Source: the human T2T-CHM13v2.0 reference genome, Homo sapiens. From it: 64,000 nt of DNA. Shown piece after piece: positions 14,871-30,434 of this stretch. Both the position numbers and the translations under genes were made by a program. The number at the start of each line of letters is the position of its first letter. The stretch's first letter is position 1. The notes under the pieces are model-generated. The model did not search any database. It was not told the origin of the DNA and saw only the letters and a list, made by a program, of their open reading frames with translations. The stretch lies in assembly GCF_009914755.1 (NCBI RefSeq), contig NC_060941.1; one strand, given 5' to 3'.

Positions 14871-17560
14871 ACCAGACCATTCTTAAATGCATTGTCCACA
14901 ATGTGTCAGACCTCCCACCAGGCTGGAGACACTGCGGGATTCCAGCAGGAGATGGACGCCACACCCAACTGCAGGCACTTCACTCACACAAGCGCAAAAT
15001 GACAGAGCTGTGAATTGTGCCAGTGCCAATGTCCGGATCCCAGGGGTACAAAGAGGACAGACAAAGGGCAAAAAGAGAGTGTAGGGTACGGATCTGTGTG
15101 GTGCTGAAGGCGGCTTCCTCAGATGAAGCTCTCAGTGGTGTGGGCTGTCACTGGGCCCAGGAGCTTAGCTGGGGAAGAAACCTGTAATTGACAAAGTCAC
15201 GCCGCCCATGTCCCTTATAAACGGTTGAATTCTCAAGCAAAGACCAGCGTTTGTGACAGGTTACAATACCTGACTATGTGAATAAATAACGGATATACCT
15301 CCCTCTTCTTTCCCTTCTCCCCATGGCCATGACCACCCTGTCTTTTTGGAATAGGCAAGCAGTAACTTTGGCTCTGTCTCTAGGAAAAAGGAGCCGCAGC
15401 CTGCAAGAGTGGACTGAGCTTCCATCACATGCCAGGAGATGAGTCAGACACAGTCATGGTCTGGAGGAGTCCAGGATCGCTCATTCTGCAAGAGGCAGGG
15501 ACAGACGTGTGTGCCGTGGACAGACAGACAGCCTCGTCTATTCTGCGAACATTTCACATCCTGTCACCAGTGTGGCTGCTCGGGCACACACGAGGGACAG
15601 CGGGTGGGGGGGAAAGTAACCCTATCCAATTCCTGACATTGCAGCCCCCTCACACCCGCTCTGATCTCCATTACATCCTGGGATTGAATGGCCCTATAAA
15701 AATGTCCACCGTGAAAGACAGATTCAAAAACTGAAGAAACAGTATCCTGATGGAAGTCCTTTAACATCCTCCACCCTCAAGCTTCAGGCCCTTCCCCCAG
15801 GCTCTACAATAGAACTCCCATCCCCAACCCTGGCCAGGCAGAGAATTTATGAGCTCTAAGTCCTGTTTTTCTACATTGATGGAAATCACGGGCAAACGTT
15901 TCCACTGGGCCAAACTCCATCCAGAGTCAAATATCAAGGCACCCAGCTGAGCTCCAGGAGCCAGCGTTTATGAAGCCAGTCGATGTGCCCTGTGACCGTA
16001 AACCATCTTATATTTACTATGACAGGACAGTATTTGAGTTAATAAAAAGACGATTTTTCTGCCTAACTTTTGTTGCCTGGAAGGCCCTAGCTTCTTTTAC
16101 AAGGGGATTGTGTGTCAGGACCCGATACAGAGCCTGAAAAGCCAGCTGTTTGCTCATTTCATTGGGGTAAAGAAATTGAGTCAGACGTAAAGGGGCCCTA
16201 AACAAGATTCCATAGATTCTTGAAGGTCCACGATAAGTGGGAAAAATACATACCTGTTATCTTGTATGCTGCAAATGGGAAGCAGGGAGAAGAGAATCAC
16301 TTTATCTAACCTTCCCAGCCCTGCCTTCTCCAGGGATATCTAGACCCCATTTGGAAAAAGGGACAGTGATGAGCCTCTGAAATGTTCGCCAGAACCGCAG
16401 CAAAGGGTAGAACCACATCATCAATTTAGGTTGGTCAGGGTATGGAAAGAAACTGAAGTTGGGGTATAAAGGGAATGAAGGGATTTAGGAGGGAGCTTCC
16501 TGCTGCAGAAGGGACAACATATTCTGGGCTCTTTCAGTTACCTGGAGGGTCTGTGGGTTGTTTGCTACCAATGTTGCATTTATTTCACTCAAGTCATTCT
16601 GCAGGAGGACCTATGCCAGCTGGGGCCAAGGGAATTGGAGCAGGATGTATGTAGGCATTTTGTGAGGATGTAAGCAAACTAAGAAAATGTCAGATATGTC
16701 CAGCTACTAGTCTAAAGTGTTGACCCCAGTGTGGGGGGCAGAGAGGGAGCATGTAAATTGTCCTCATCTCTAGAGCAGCTTCACAGAAATCCAGAGGTTC
16801 TTTTAGCTCTGACACTCTCTAACTCTGGGAATCACTAAGTCAATGGAGTTCAGAGGGTCATAGTTGAGCAAAGCCTCAGGAAACAGCCTTTTCAAAGGAC
16901 ACGCACAAGTCCCCAACACAGAACTGAAGGCTGCTGTCTCTCTTTCTGGCAATGGGTATTTGTCCCTGGAGTATGCGGTTGCAGCTCCTTCCTTTCCTGA
17001 TACACGTTTCTGTACTTTTTAAATGCTATTAATTAACTGTGAAAGGACAACTTAAAGATCACAAAATTGCAACTATGAGCACCGGTGCCAGGCACTAGTT
17101 TTTCTTAATTATCAAGAAAAATTAATTTCTTATTAATTATTATTGAATAAATGGGCCAATCTACGATTGCACAATAAAACATTTGGACTCGTCTTGTGGA
17201 CCACAAAGCTGAATTACCATTGCTCTTCAGGAAGCTAAAGAGATTAGATGGGTTTTAGGAAGTTTTTACTGTTAATCCAGGAAAGCAATTCTGCCTCCAT
17301 CAGCAGCACCTCATGACATGTGTTAATGATATTTTTTCTGTACTCTGAACTTCCTTTTGCCAATGCTCAGCAACATGCATTTTTACCCCTTGATGCAGAA
17401 AATAACAGAAGTGAAATATCCTGAGGAATATTAAAGGCAGTAGGGATTTTCTCAAAAGGTTCAGATGCTTTTTGGCAGAGATTTATTTTTTCTGAGTAAA
17501 TTATCCAATCTGAGACTCCTTTAGTATTTGATTTTAATCCATTTAAATTTATTTTGATTA

Positions 17561-17874
17561 CAGTTGTCCCTTGGTATCCACAAAGGATTGGTTCCAGTAC
17601 CCCCTAAGGATACCAAAATCCATGGATGCTCAAGTTCCTTATATAAAATGGCATGGTATTTGCATATAACCTACACACATCCTCCTGTATACATTTAAAT
17701 CTTCTCTAGATTACTTGTAATACCTAACAGAATGGAAATGCTACGTAAACAGCTCTTAGACCATATTTTTTAGAATTTGTATTACTTTTTATTATTGTAT
17801 TGTTTTGTGGGAGCGGGGGCTGGAGATTGGTTGAATCCCTGAATGTAGAACCCACAGATGTGGAATGTCCCCTG
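17561..17874 (+). mobile_element. MER2 (TcMar-Tigger non-autonomous element)
   Basis: TA|CAGTTGTCCCTTGGTATCC...GATACCAAAATCCATGGATGCTCAAGT matches the recalled MER2 consensus. Confidence 0.85.
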
Positions 17875-17881
17875 TGCTTAG

Positions 17882-18202
<321 letters not shown>

Positions 18203-18423
18203 GAAATTTGGACTTGTTTTCTATCATCTTATTTGATGCTTTCTATGTACTATGTCTGTTTGTTTTTTTCTTTTCTTTTATTGGAGTAGTCAAGTTTATT
18301 TTATTGAATCCCTTTCCAGTTTAGAAATTATTTCAGTGGTTACATTTCAATTTTTGCATGGTAGCTAATTTAAGAAAACCTCAAATTACTATTGCAATCC
18401 TTCTCTATCAATGCAAGGGTTTA

Positions 18424-18740
<317 letters not shown>

Positions 18741-19211
18741 ATGCTTTAACACTGCCCTCCACTTCACCTTTCTCTCATTCTAATTTTACCATTGGTAAAA
18801 CTGCTGTTAATCCAAGCAACATATTACTTTTATTAATTTTATAGTCACAGCTCGTTTGGATGGATGAGTGTGTTTACCATCTTCTCGGCTCACCCTTGCT
18901 TTTAGTACATCTTGTTTTCCTTCTGGATTCAGTCTTTCTTGCTAAAGCATGTCATTTAGTAGTTTCAGTAAAGGTTTTGTGTAGTTACTTCTCTCTTTGT
19001 TTATCTGAAAGTTCTCCACGTTCTGTCCTCTGGAAGTTTTATTAAATGCATTTTGGACCTAGTAAGTCTATACTCCGAGTGTGTAAACCACCCTTTTACA
19101 GTTCCATCTTTTTATCTCTTTAAGAAGTTTCTCAAATCTTTTCATTGTTAACGTTTTTCAGCTGTTTTCCTCTGCTGTTCAGTAAGTTTATCATTTATCT
19201 TTTAGTTATTA

Positions 19212-21597
19212 CAGGCATACCTTGCCTTATTGAGCTCTGGTTTACTGTGCATTGCAGATATTGCATTTTTTAAAAATTGAAGGTTTGCAGCAACCCTGTA
19301 TCAAGTAAGTCTATCGGGGTCATTTTTCCAATAGCATGCTCACATGCTGTGTCTCTGTGTCACATTTTGGTATTTTTCTCAATATTTCACTTTTTCATGA
19401 CTATTGTATCTGTTATGGTGATCTGTGATTGGTGGTCTTTGATGTTACTATTGTAATTGTTTTGAGGTGCCTCAAACCACGCCCATAGAAGACAAGGAAT
19501 TTTATTGATAAATGTGTGTGTACTGACTGCTCCACAGACCAGCTATCCCCCATTTCTCTCCTCCTCAGCCTCCCTATTACCTGAGACACAACAATATTGA
19601 AATTAGGTCATTTAATATCCCTACAACGTTATAAATGTTCAAGGGAAAGGAAGAGTTGCACCTCCCTCACTTTAAATCAAAAGCCAGAAATGATTAAACT
19701 TAGTGAGGAAGGCATGTTGAAAGCTGAGACAGGCTGAAAGCTAGGCCTCCTGCAACAGTTAGCCAAGTTGTAAATGCAGAGGAAAAGTTCTTAAAGGAAA
19801 CAAACGTGCTACTCCAGTGAACACACAAATGATAAGAAAGTGAAACAGCCTTATCACTGATCTGGACAGAAGATCAAACCAGCCACAACATCCCCTTAAG
19901 CCAAAGCCTAATCCAGAGCAAGGCCCTAACTCTCTCATATTTTATGAAGGCTGAGAAGGTGAGGAAGTTGCAGAAAAAAAAAGTGTGAAGTTAGCAGAGT
20001 CTAGTTCATGGGGTTTAAAAAAAGAAGCCATCTCCATAACATAAAAGTGTAAGATGAAGCAGCAGGTACTGACACAGAAGTTGCAAAAAGTTATCCAGAA
20101 TATCTACATAAAATTATTGATGAAGGTGGCTACACCAAACAACAGATTTTCCACGTAGACAACGTGGAAGATAGAAGAAGATGCCATGTAGGAATTTCAT
20201 AGCTACAGAGAAGTTAATACCTGGCTTCAAAGTTTCAAGGACAGGCTGACACTTTTGTTAGGAGTTAATGCAGCTGGTGACTTTGAGCTGAAGCCAATGC
20301 TCATTTGCCATTTCAAAAGTTCTAGGGCCCTTACAATTTATGCTAAGCCTATTCTGCCTGTGCTGTACAAATGGAACAACAAAGCCTGGATGACAGCACA
20401 TCTGTTTACAGCATGGTTTACTGAATATTTTAAGCCCACTGTTGAGACCTACTGCTCAGAAAAAAAAGATATCCATCTAAATATTACTACTCATTGATAA
20501 TGCATCTGGTTATCTAAGATCTCTGAGGTATAAGATGAATGTTGTTTTTTATAACTGCTAATACAATATCCATTCTGTAGCCCACAGGACAAAGAGTAAT
20601 TTTGACTTTCAAGTCTCATTATTTAAGGAATATACTTTGTAAGGCTATAGCTACCATAGATAGTGATTCCTCTGATAGATCTTGGCAAAGTAAACTGAAA
20701 ACCTTCTGGAAAGAACTCACCATTCTAGGTGCCATGAAGAACATTTGTAATTCTTGGGAGGAGGTTATAAAATATCAACACAAACAGGAGTTTTGAAGAA
20801 ATTGATTCCAACCCTCATGGATGACTTTGACAAGTTCTGGACTTCAGAGAAGGAAGTAACTCCAGATGTGGTGGAAATGGCCCAAGAACTAGACTTAAAA
20901 GTGGAGCCTGAAGATGTGACTGAATTGCTGCAATCTCACAATAAACCTTGAACCGATAATGAGTTGCTTCTTATGGATGAACGAAGAAAGTGGTTTCTTG
21001 AGACGGAATCTCCTCCTGGTAAAGATGCTGTGAGCATTGTTGAAATGACAACAAAGGATTTAGAATGTTACATAAACTTAGTAGATAAAACAGCAGCAGG
21101 ATTTGAGAGGACTGACTCCAATTTTAAAGGAAGTTCGACTGGAGGTAAAATGCTATCAAACAGCAGCATCGCATGCTGCAGAGAAATCTTTCATGAAAGG
21201 AAGAGTGGATCAATGAGGCAAATTTCATTTTTGCCTTATTTTAAGAAATTGCCACAACCACCCCAGTCTTCAGCAACCACTATCCTGATTAGTCAGCAGC
21301 CATCGACACTGAGGCAACACTCTTTCTCAGCAAAAAGATTACAACTCACTGAAGACTCAGCTGATCATTAGTACTTTGTTAGCAATAAAGTATTTTTAAA
21401 CTAAGGTATGTACTTTTTTAGACATAATTACATAGCACGCTTAATAGACTATAGTATAGCATAAACATAACTTTTATACACACTGGGAAATCAAATAACT
21501 TGTTCAGCTCACTTTATTGTAATATTTGCTTTACTGTGATATTTGCTTTATTACAGTGGTCTGGAGCAGAACCTGCAAGATCTCTGAGGTATGCCTG
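19212..21597 (+). mobile_element. Near full-length Tigger1 DNA transposon with a disrupted transposase
   Basis: TIRs CAGGCATACCT / AGGTATGCCTG, 5' TA target, 2386 bp. ORF fragments 20255-21371 ([38 protein letters not shown]) are pogo/Tigger-like. Confidence 0.95.
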
Positions 21598-23653
21598 GAC
21601 TATGTTTTTCTGCTATTTTAATCTGCAGTTTATCCTTCCTATTGAGTTTTTAACTTCAACATTTACAATTTTTCATTTCACATTCTATTTGGCTCTTTGT
21701 CAAATATTTTTATGCTGTCCAGATTTTTCATAATAATTTTAATATTTTCTTTTGTTTCTTTAATTTGAAACAAGCATGTAAGTATCTTTCAGAGTGTTAT
21801 GATTTTGAGGTCAGTTTGGGGTTTGTTGGTTCTACTGCCTCTTCCACACGGTAGGTTTCTTTCTTCGAGTGACTGAAATTTCTAACTGTGTTTCCCATCC
21901 TCAATTGTGGTCGTTCATTCTGGGGTAGTCTCCTGGGAACCAAGTTGTAAAAAATCACTCGGAACAGCTTCAGTTTTTCTTTTGCCAAAGATACCAAGGT
22001 TTTCAATGGTCCTGAGACCAGTTCTTCTGTTGATTTCTCAGCTTGTGGTTCTCACACTTCACGGGAAGCATAAACTCAGGCCACATGCAAACATAGAGCT
22101 CAGACCTGTGGTTTTAATTCCTTATGAGAGACTTTTTTTATTTTTATTTTTTGTCCAAAAGCCTACAGAGAGGGCAAGCTTCCTGGCACTTTTGCTGAGC
22201 CTGGGAGGCAGGGTTTTCTAATCTATGAGGTCAAGGAGCATGGAGCGTGTCAAGATGCTTGGCTTTATGTATAGGCATGGTTTTGTCTCCAGGGGCAAAT
22301 GCAGGCAGTGGCCAAATTCCTGAATCCCAGCTTTCAACCCAGGTCTTTTCTCCTGTTTATTGTCTGTGGGCTACAGCAGCCTCAGCCCCCACTTACTGCC
22401 CTGGCAGGATTTCCTTACTTTGAACTTTGGCTGGATATACTTGTTTTTGTTGTGGTAGCTGTTACATTTTATGCAGCGTTCTTTTGTGTTTATTTTGGGT
22501 GGAAAGAAGAGAGAAGTAGATCACTTCTTTCTTCAGCTCAGTCCCTCTTATTGCTGGAAATGTTTCTGTGATAATTAAAGATTTTAATTATGATGCTTTA
22601 TTGGCACCATATTATGTGAACAGAGGCTAGGCATCCAAGCTCCACATGCATTGCTGCGAGACATGGCAGATACACACACCAGTCCCAGCCCTCCACCGGA
22701 GACTGCTGCGGCCTGTCAGCAAGTACACAAAGCCTGCATGAATCAGGTGATTCACGGCCAGTGTCCCCCAGCCATGCCCTGCCAGCTCCTTCCATTTCTA
22801 TCTCTCTATACAACCAGTAGCGATTTTTCAGGCGTTCATTTTTTACAACTATCAACTTCTGAAACTTTAATGCAAGAGACCTCCACTGGGAGTAAAATTC
22901 TGATGTAAATTCAATCCCTTGGGAAAGGTAGTGAAACAAAAAGTAAAATATAACTGAAAAGCATGTCTGAAGAATCTCAGTGCTACCTCTCCTTTGGAGC
23001 TGGCTTATCATCAGCTCTGGCTGTCACCTTCCTGGTTTTCACATTCTCTGTTCGTCTCCATCTAAAATGGGTCTTTAACCATTCCACACTCCTCCCACCT
23101 TCCTGCTCACAGAAGCTGTGTCCTAGATGTGTAGGCTGGAGATTCTATTCTGGGACTTCCCATTAATCCCTCTTGGAAAGTGGCACTGTGCAGAAGATGG
23201 GAGTTAGCTGGTTAACAAACAGTTATTCTAACCTTTCAAAATCCTCTTATAGCTCAAAACTGGTAGAAGAAAAATCTTCTAGAATTATTGATATATGAAT
23301 ATTCTCACCACATTTGAGAGATTCCAGCTGTTACTCAGAGATGCAAAGTAAACCAATGATCTTAGGATATGGAAGACGTAAATCGTACTCAATGCTACCA
23401 GGAGACAAAGAAGGACCTTCTCCATGCTATTTCAATCTCTGTCTCAAATGACTCGTTGTTTCCTTCTTGAACTAAGTAACTACTACAAAAGTCTATTCTT
23501 GCTGTTTGTCCTAAAAGTGAAAAGAATATTGGATGCTTAGTTCTAATACGCTTTTTCATGATAAAGGTAATAATATCACCTTATACGGTTTTGAAAAAAA
23601 AGATAATCACTCATCCATAATTCCAGCATTGCTAGCATTCTAAGGTTATTTCC

Positions 23654-23943
23654 TTTTTGTTTGTTTGTTTTTCGAGACAAACAAACTCTGCTCTCTAGGC
23701 TGGAATGCAGTGACACAATCACAGCTCAGTGTAGCCTCAACCTCCTAGGCTCAAAGTGATCCCCCCACCTCAGCCAGATTAGCTGGGATACAGGTGCATG
23801 CACCAGGCCTAGCTAATTTTTGAATTGTTTGTAGAGATGGGATTTCATCATGTTGCCCAGGCTGGTCTCCAACTCTTGGGCAATTCGCCAGCCTCAGCCT
23901 CCCAAAGTGCTGGGATTACGGGGGTGAGCCACTGTGTCCAGCC
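23654..23943 (-). mobile_element. Alu (AluJ-like)
   Basis: Diverged dimer with J-type diagnostics. Confidence 0.88.
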
Positions 23944-24049
23944 TACAACTTATTTAAACACAGTTAAAATCAAAATATCCATGTATTTTTCACATATTTA
24001 CAGGAGTTTTAGGTTCCTACGCATCTCAGTTTTGTTTTGTTTTGTTTTT

Positions 24050-24200
24050 TAATCACAACAACCCTTTCACTAAAGCAAAGTAAAAGTCCTTGACCATATT
24101 TGACAGAGAAGGAAACTGAGACGCAGGCATTTGGCAATGAGTTGCTCAGCATTAGAGATATAGGAGAGGCCTGTTGTTACCAAGGCTGTCTTCTTAGGTG
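24050..24200 (-). mobile_element. MIR fragment
   Basis: ATTTGACAGAGAAGGAAACTGAGACGCAG core. Confidence 0.55.
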
Positions 24201-24928
24201 TCCGTAAACCTAGGGAATTCACAATTGTGCTATCAGCCCATACAAATTCATGCGTAGTTAGAACTAGAGCCAAACTGGAATTAAAGGGAGAAAGGTGGGA
24301 GGAAGGGGGCTTTGCAAAGCTGTGATTATGAATCTAATCAGTGTATGGCCTGTCTAGAAACAATAAAGCCAGTTTCCTTGTGACACATGTAGTTCTAGAG
24401 GGAATTCCAGATAAAAATCCCCCGAAATACTCTGTGTGACGGCAATACTAGAGTAAGTACATAACCTCTGCTGGGGACTGCTTTGATGGACATTACTTAA
24501 TTGGATCTATAAATTATGTGTGTCTGTTTTCAAAGAAACTCAGTCTTCCTATTCTCATATTTTACATAATTCAGTTGATGCATTATTTTAGCAAGTGCTC
24601 TACGCTTTGACGACTGCAGGAAGAAAATCGCTTTCTGAGGGCAACCTAGATGGCACAGGTTACCAACTGGCCAACCTCACTTCACCTCAATGACTGACAA
24701 TTTTCCATAACTTTACAGCAAGCCTCTGATGTCTCAGGACAGTCATATCCTCAGAGGGATCAGGAAATCAAAAAGGGAATTAGTGCTGGAGAGAGGATAG
24801 GTAGATGGAAACATATATGATAAAAACAAGTTTAGTAAAATGTAAAGAATAGAATCTAGACAATGGGTAGATGAGTTTTCACTATAAAATTATTTTAGTG
24901 CTGCTATATACTGAAATTTTCATAATAA

Positions 24929-25232
<304 letters not shown>

Positions 25233-25904
25233 AATAATGTTTTTAAAAAACACAGAGACTCCACAGGAAAATGCTTTTCTGGGTAACCAAATGTTGCTGG
25301 ATAGATTTATTTTTTCTGTCTCTCTTCATCTCTCTCCTTACCATGTCCTTTTTACGTCTATGAAATGTTTAGGGATATTTCTCTAAAGGTGAATGAATAT
25401 GCTCAGAAAACATTTAATCAAATGTATTTTTGAGAGGATAATACTGAGTCCTAAAGAAGGGAACTGACTTATCCCAAATCAAGTCATCATATGGCAGGTG
25501 CAGGATCAAAGGTTGGGCTCCTGTGTCCAAGGATCCTTTCCATCCTAGGGGGTGACCGCTCGGACCACTTTCTTGTGGGACCCTATCTGGAAGGACTAGG
25601 AAAACAATGCATTTGGAAATTGTAAATGGAGGCTTAGAGAAAGTCGGGGTGCTAAGAAATACCCACGAAAAAAGGGCATCAAGGGGGGCCAGCAGAAAGT
25701 ATGCGAGAGCTGCTACAGGGATTTGATCCTGAGGTTGATATAGGGCTCACAATTGTATTGGCTGTAATTAAATCTCTGGCTTCTGTTCATAGAGGCTGGG
25801 CTCCCTAGAGGAGAGGTCCAGGCTGTGTTTTAATTTGTTAAGGTCATTTCACCTGCCTGATCTTCACACCCATGCTTTTATTTTACAGGATTAAGTAGAC
25901 GGGG

Positions 25905-26025
25905 AATTCAACAGCTATTTTCTGAGTTTTTACCATGTGCAAGGCACTGTGCCAGAAACCACAGGAAAATAAAAAATTGAGCAAAACACAAACTCAAGGA
26001 ACTAGCCGTCCTGTTAGGGATATGG
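25905..26025 (-). mobile_element. L2 3' end fragment
   Basis: TTCAACAGCTATTTTCTGAG...TACCATGTGCAAGGCACTGTGC. Confidence 0.55.
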
Positions 26026-26869
26026 GAGGCAGGAAAAGAATAAGTTAAAATTGTATATATTGAATTAGGGAAAGCAGATGACCCTTTTCCGCCACAAGAC
26101 CTTGCTTATTTAACAGCCTGATCCCAATGAGCAGAAAAGGACTTTTATGTGGAGTCCTGGAGTTCAGGAGGTCCTGGAAGAAAGATTACAGCCAACTCCA
26201 CTAAAGTTTTTCCACTGATGTCTGGATTTCATTGAACACCATGAGATTCCTCACCCTGATCTCCTAGTTGACAAATCCATCAGATTTTCAGTATTCTTGG
26301 CTCTCCTTAGCCTCCTTCCTGTCCACATTTAAAATGACCTTTCCCCAACCTCTATGGCATTACAGTTGCCCTAGATCTCATCCACCCTCTCTGAATGCAT
26401 TTTAGAATACCCCAATGCCCACAGGAAGGCTTCTTCCAAGACCTCCTCCTCCTTCCAACTCATAAATACTCAATCCATCCATGCTTTGTCTTCTCACTTC
26501 CAAGCAGAGCATTCCAAGCCTCCATTTGTAGTGTTATGCCTGTCTCATGGAAGGTTCCACCTAGAACTCGAAGCTCCCCACCTGACCTCTCTGTCTATCC
26601 ACAACCATGCCCCCTCAGTTCTACCCATTTCCACACCACCATGCTGCAAAGTTGGGAAAGTCATCATTTATGATTCCTTTTTAGTCTCCTGAACCAACCA
26701 GAAATCGAAATCTGATGATTCTTCCTCTCCAGTCTTTCCTGGTCCAGGTCTTCATCGCCACCAGCCCAAAAGACAGTAGCTGTGTCTCTGGCAGAGTTCC
26801 CACCTCCAGAACCCTCTATCCTCACAATCAACATGTGACTGAGCTCAATGTTGAGTGTGAGTGTCAACA

Positions 26870-27226
26870 ACACGGGCTGAATGTTTGTACCCCTCCCCCA
26901 AATTCATATGTTGAAACTGTAATCTCCAATGTGATGGTACGAGGAGCTGGGGGCCTTTGCGAGGTGATTGGATTTAGATGAAGGCATGAGGGTGGAGCCT
27001 CCAAAGTGGAGTTACGGGCACAGGGGAGCTTGCCTCCTTCTCTCTGCTCTCTCTGATATGTGAGAATACACAAGAAGATGGCAGTCTGCAAACCAGAAAG
27101 AGTGCCCTTACTGGACACCAGCTCTTCCCACGCCTTGGTCTTAGACTTTCCAACCTCCATAGAAGTAAGAAATCAGTATTTGTTGTTTAAATCAGTGGTA
27201 TTCTGTTACAGCAGATAAACTAAGAC
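26870..27226 (+). mobile_element. MaLR LTR (MLT1A/MST-like)
   Basis: GGCTGAATGTTTGTACCCC...CAAATTCATATGTTGAAAC...AACTAAGAC. Confidence 0.82.
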
Positions 27227-27236
27227 CATTCCCTAA

Positions 27237-27590
<354 letters not shown>

Positions 27591-27610
27591 CTATCACTCT
27601 TAAAACAGTG

Positions 27611-27951
<341 letters not shown>

Positions 27952-29096
27952 TGAAGGGCATGTCTCATAATCACCCTGCTCAAAAATGTTCCCCATGTCA
28001 ATAGATGGTAATTGTAAAACACTAAAACTGATGTCCAGGGTCCCTTGCAAGGGGGGTCTGCTTTTTCTTTCCCATCTCACCTTGAAATACTGCTTGAAGA
28101 CAAAATATCCCCTATAGTCAAATTAATCCTCTTGCCACCATCCTGTAATGCATCCACATATGCTTCCCTCTTCCACTTCACAGTTGCCCCTACCTGGAAT
28201 TTTTTCTCAGTCTCTCTCTGTTTATCTAATTCCTATCCATTTTTTAATAATCCCATCTCCTTCAGGAGGCTTTCCCCCATTTGCTTTAGCATACCAAGGC
28301 CACTCTTGCTTGCTCTCTCAGTTGTGAAACTCTCTGATAATTATTACCTATACCCTTTGCCTAGCATTATGTGTACTACCCATGCTGAGGCTCTTTTCTG
28401 ATTCCTCCATCAAATTGCAAACTCCTACACTAAGTAGGGAAAAAGCATCTTTTAGGTTCAAAAAAGAAATGGATAATGGATGAGGTCAGAAAGACATGAA
28501 ATTCTCAGCCTCAATTTTGATTTCATAATTTGCCAAATTCATAAGACATTGCAAATGAAACACACTGGTAAGATAAAGGCAGGGGTATGCTTTGAAGAAG
28601 AAACTATAGAGCATGAATCTATACCTTGCTGATTCCTAGTTCCAATCAGGGAGTTTTTGCTCTCTCACTTCTAACTGTGGTGACTTGCATCAGGAAAAGA
28701 ATACAAAAAATCTTCAGCTCACAGCTTATTCTAGGGGTCAATCAAAGATTTTAGCTCCTTCTGCCTGTATCTGAGGTTCCCAGATAGCACAAGACCAAAC
28801 CAGAGGTTAGCAAAGAGTCTGCCAATAGAAGATAAGAAGGGAGGGAAATTGTATTGGAAAATAATGAGCTGATAATTGACTAGTGGCTGGAATGTCTACC
28901 GAAAGCCCAGCAGGTTTAGAAGCCTCAAAAATAACCATTGTAAGTATTAACTGTCGTTCCCATCAATGCTGGGAAGCAGAGGCTCCAGTTAGATTGGGGG
29001 AGCTAGAAACATTTCCCAGAAAAGTGCCATGGAAAAGATTTACCCTGCTGTGAACAGCATATTCACGGCAAGTCTTTCTGGAAAGCAGATAAAGGT

Positions 29097-29285
29097 CTTG
29101 TCGCTCAAAGGATGATCTCCACACTAGTAGCATCAGCACTACTTGGAAGCTTGTTAGAAATGCAAATGCTCGGGCCTCATGTTAAGCCTACTGCATTGGT
29201 ATTTCTGGGACTGAGGCCCAGGAACTTGAGTTTTAATCAGCTCTCCAGGTGATTCTGATGCAACTTAGGTTAAGCACTGCCTTAG
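29097..29285. mobile_element. MER5A
   Basis: AGCATCAGCACTACTTGGAAGCTTGTTAGAAATGCAAAT...CTCCAGGTGATTCTGATGCA. Confidence 0.8.
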
Positions 29286-29299
29286 CAAATGGTGGTGGT

Positions 29300-29832
29300 G
29301 GCTGCATTAACAATTGCGGCACAGCAAGGGACTCTAGACCTTAATAGCTTAAAATAACAAACATTGATTATCTCACACAGTTGCCCAGAGTCAGGAATGC
29401 TGCAGCTGCTTAAGTGGGTGGTCCCAGCTCAGCTCAGTGTATCTCTTGCGATCACAGTCATCAGCTGGAGCTGCAGACATATGGATGCTTGAATAAGGTG
29501 GAAGAGTCACTCCAAGCTCACTCACGTGGCTGTTGGAAGACTTCAGGTCCTTGCCATGTGGGCCTCTCCATAGGCGCTGCTCACAAAACATGGCAGCTAA
29601 TTTCTGCTACTTCAAGTCACTCCAGACAGAGAACGCACTCAAGACAGAAAGCACAATATTTTAACAAGCCAAGCGTGGAAGATACATCTCATCACTTCTC
29701 TTATATTCTTTTTGTTGCAAGTGAATGACTAGGTCTAGCCCACATCCAAGAGGAGGATTATGCTTCAATTATTAAAGAAAAGAGCATCAAGAGTATATGA
29801 CTTTGTGGACATATCTGGAAGATCACCACAGC
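29300..29832 (-). mobile_element. MaLR LTR (MLT1F/G-like)
   Basis: GCTTAAAATAACAAACATTGATTATCTCACA...CAAGCTCACTCACGTGGCTGTTGG. Confidence 0.65.
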
Positions 29833-30024
29833 GGTGTTAAGGGTGTCCAAAAACTTTTAATAACACCTAACATCTGAGGCATCTGATTTTAATTAATGCC
29901 TCTCCAGCAGTAGAGATCAAGGGACATTCTAAAAATTAGTTCACTATTCCTAGAGCAAGCAACAATCCTAATGATTTTTTTAACCAATAAACCGGATGGT
30001 GCAATTAATCACAATTTTCATGTC

Positions 30025-30042
30025 TAGCACTAGATGGCAGAA
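30025..30042 (+). promoter_or_regulatory. Candidate CTCF site
   Basis: TAGCACTAGATGGCAGAA resembles the CTCF core. Confidence 0.45.
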
Positions 30043-30070
30043 CAGACATTTGGTTGGTAGGATGGCCTAC

Positions 30071-30434
30071 TGCATTAGTACATTCTCATGCTGCTGATAA
30101 AGACATATCTGAGACTGGGTAATTTATAAAGGAAAGAGATTTAATGGACTTACAGTTCCACATGGCTGGGGAGGCCTCACAATCATTGCAGAAGGCAAAG
30201 GAAGAGCAAAGGCATGCTTTACATGGTGGCAGACAAGAGGGCGTGTGCAGGGGAACTCCCCTTTATAAAATCTTCAGATCTCTTGAGACTTATTCACTAT
30301 TGCAAGAACAGCACAGGAAGGATCCACCCCCATGATTCAATTACCTTCCACCAGGTCCCTTCCATGACACATGGAAATTATGGGAGCTATAATTCAAGAT
30401 GAGATTTGGGTAGGGACACAGCCAAATGATAACA
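30071..30434 (-). mobile_element. Solo THE1 LTR (THE1B/C-like)
   Basis: 364 bp, TG...CA termini, 5-bp TSD CCTAC (30066-30070 / 30435-30439), THE1 text CAGTTCCACATGGCTGGGGAGGCCTCACAATCAT. Confidence 0.93.

Noticed and set aside
20255-21371. Tigger transposase ORFs as a domesticated TIGD-like gene
   Set aside because: Split over several frames by stops and frameshifts, with the first catalytic motif disrupted
24640-24658. CTCF-like ACCTAGATGGCAC
   Set aside because: The 5' half of the core is a poor match
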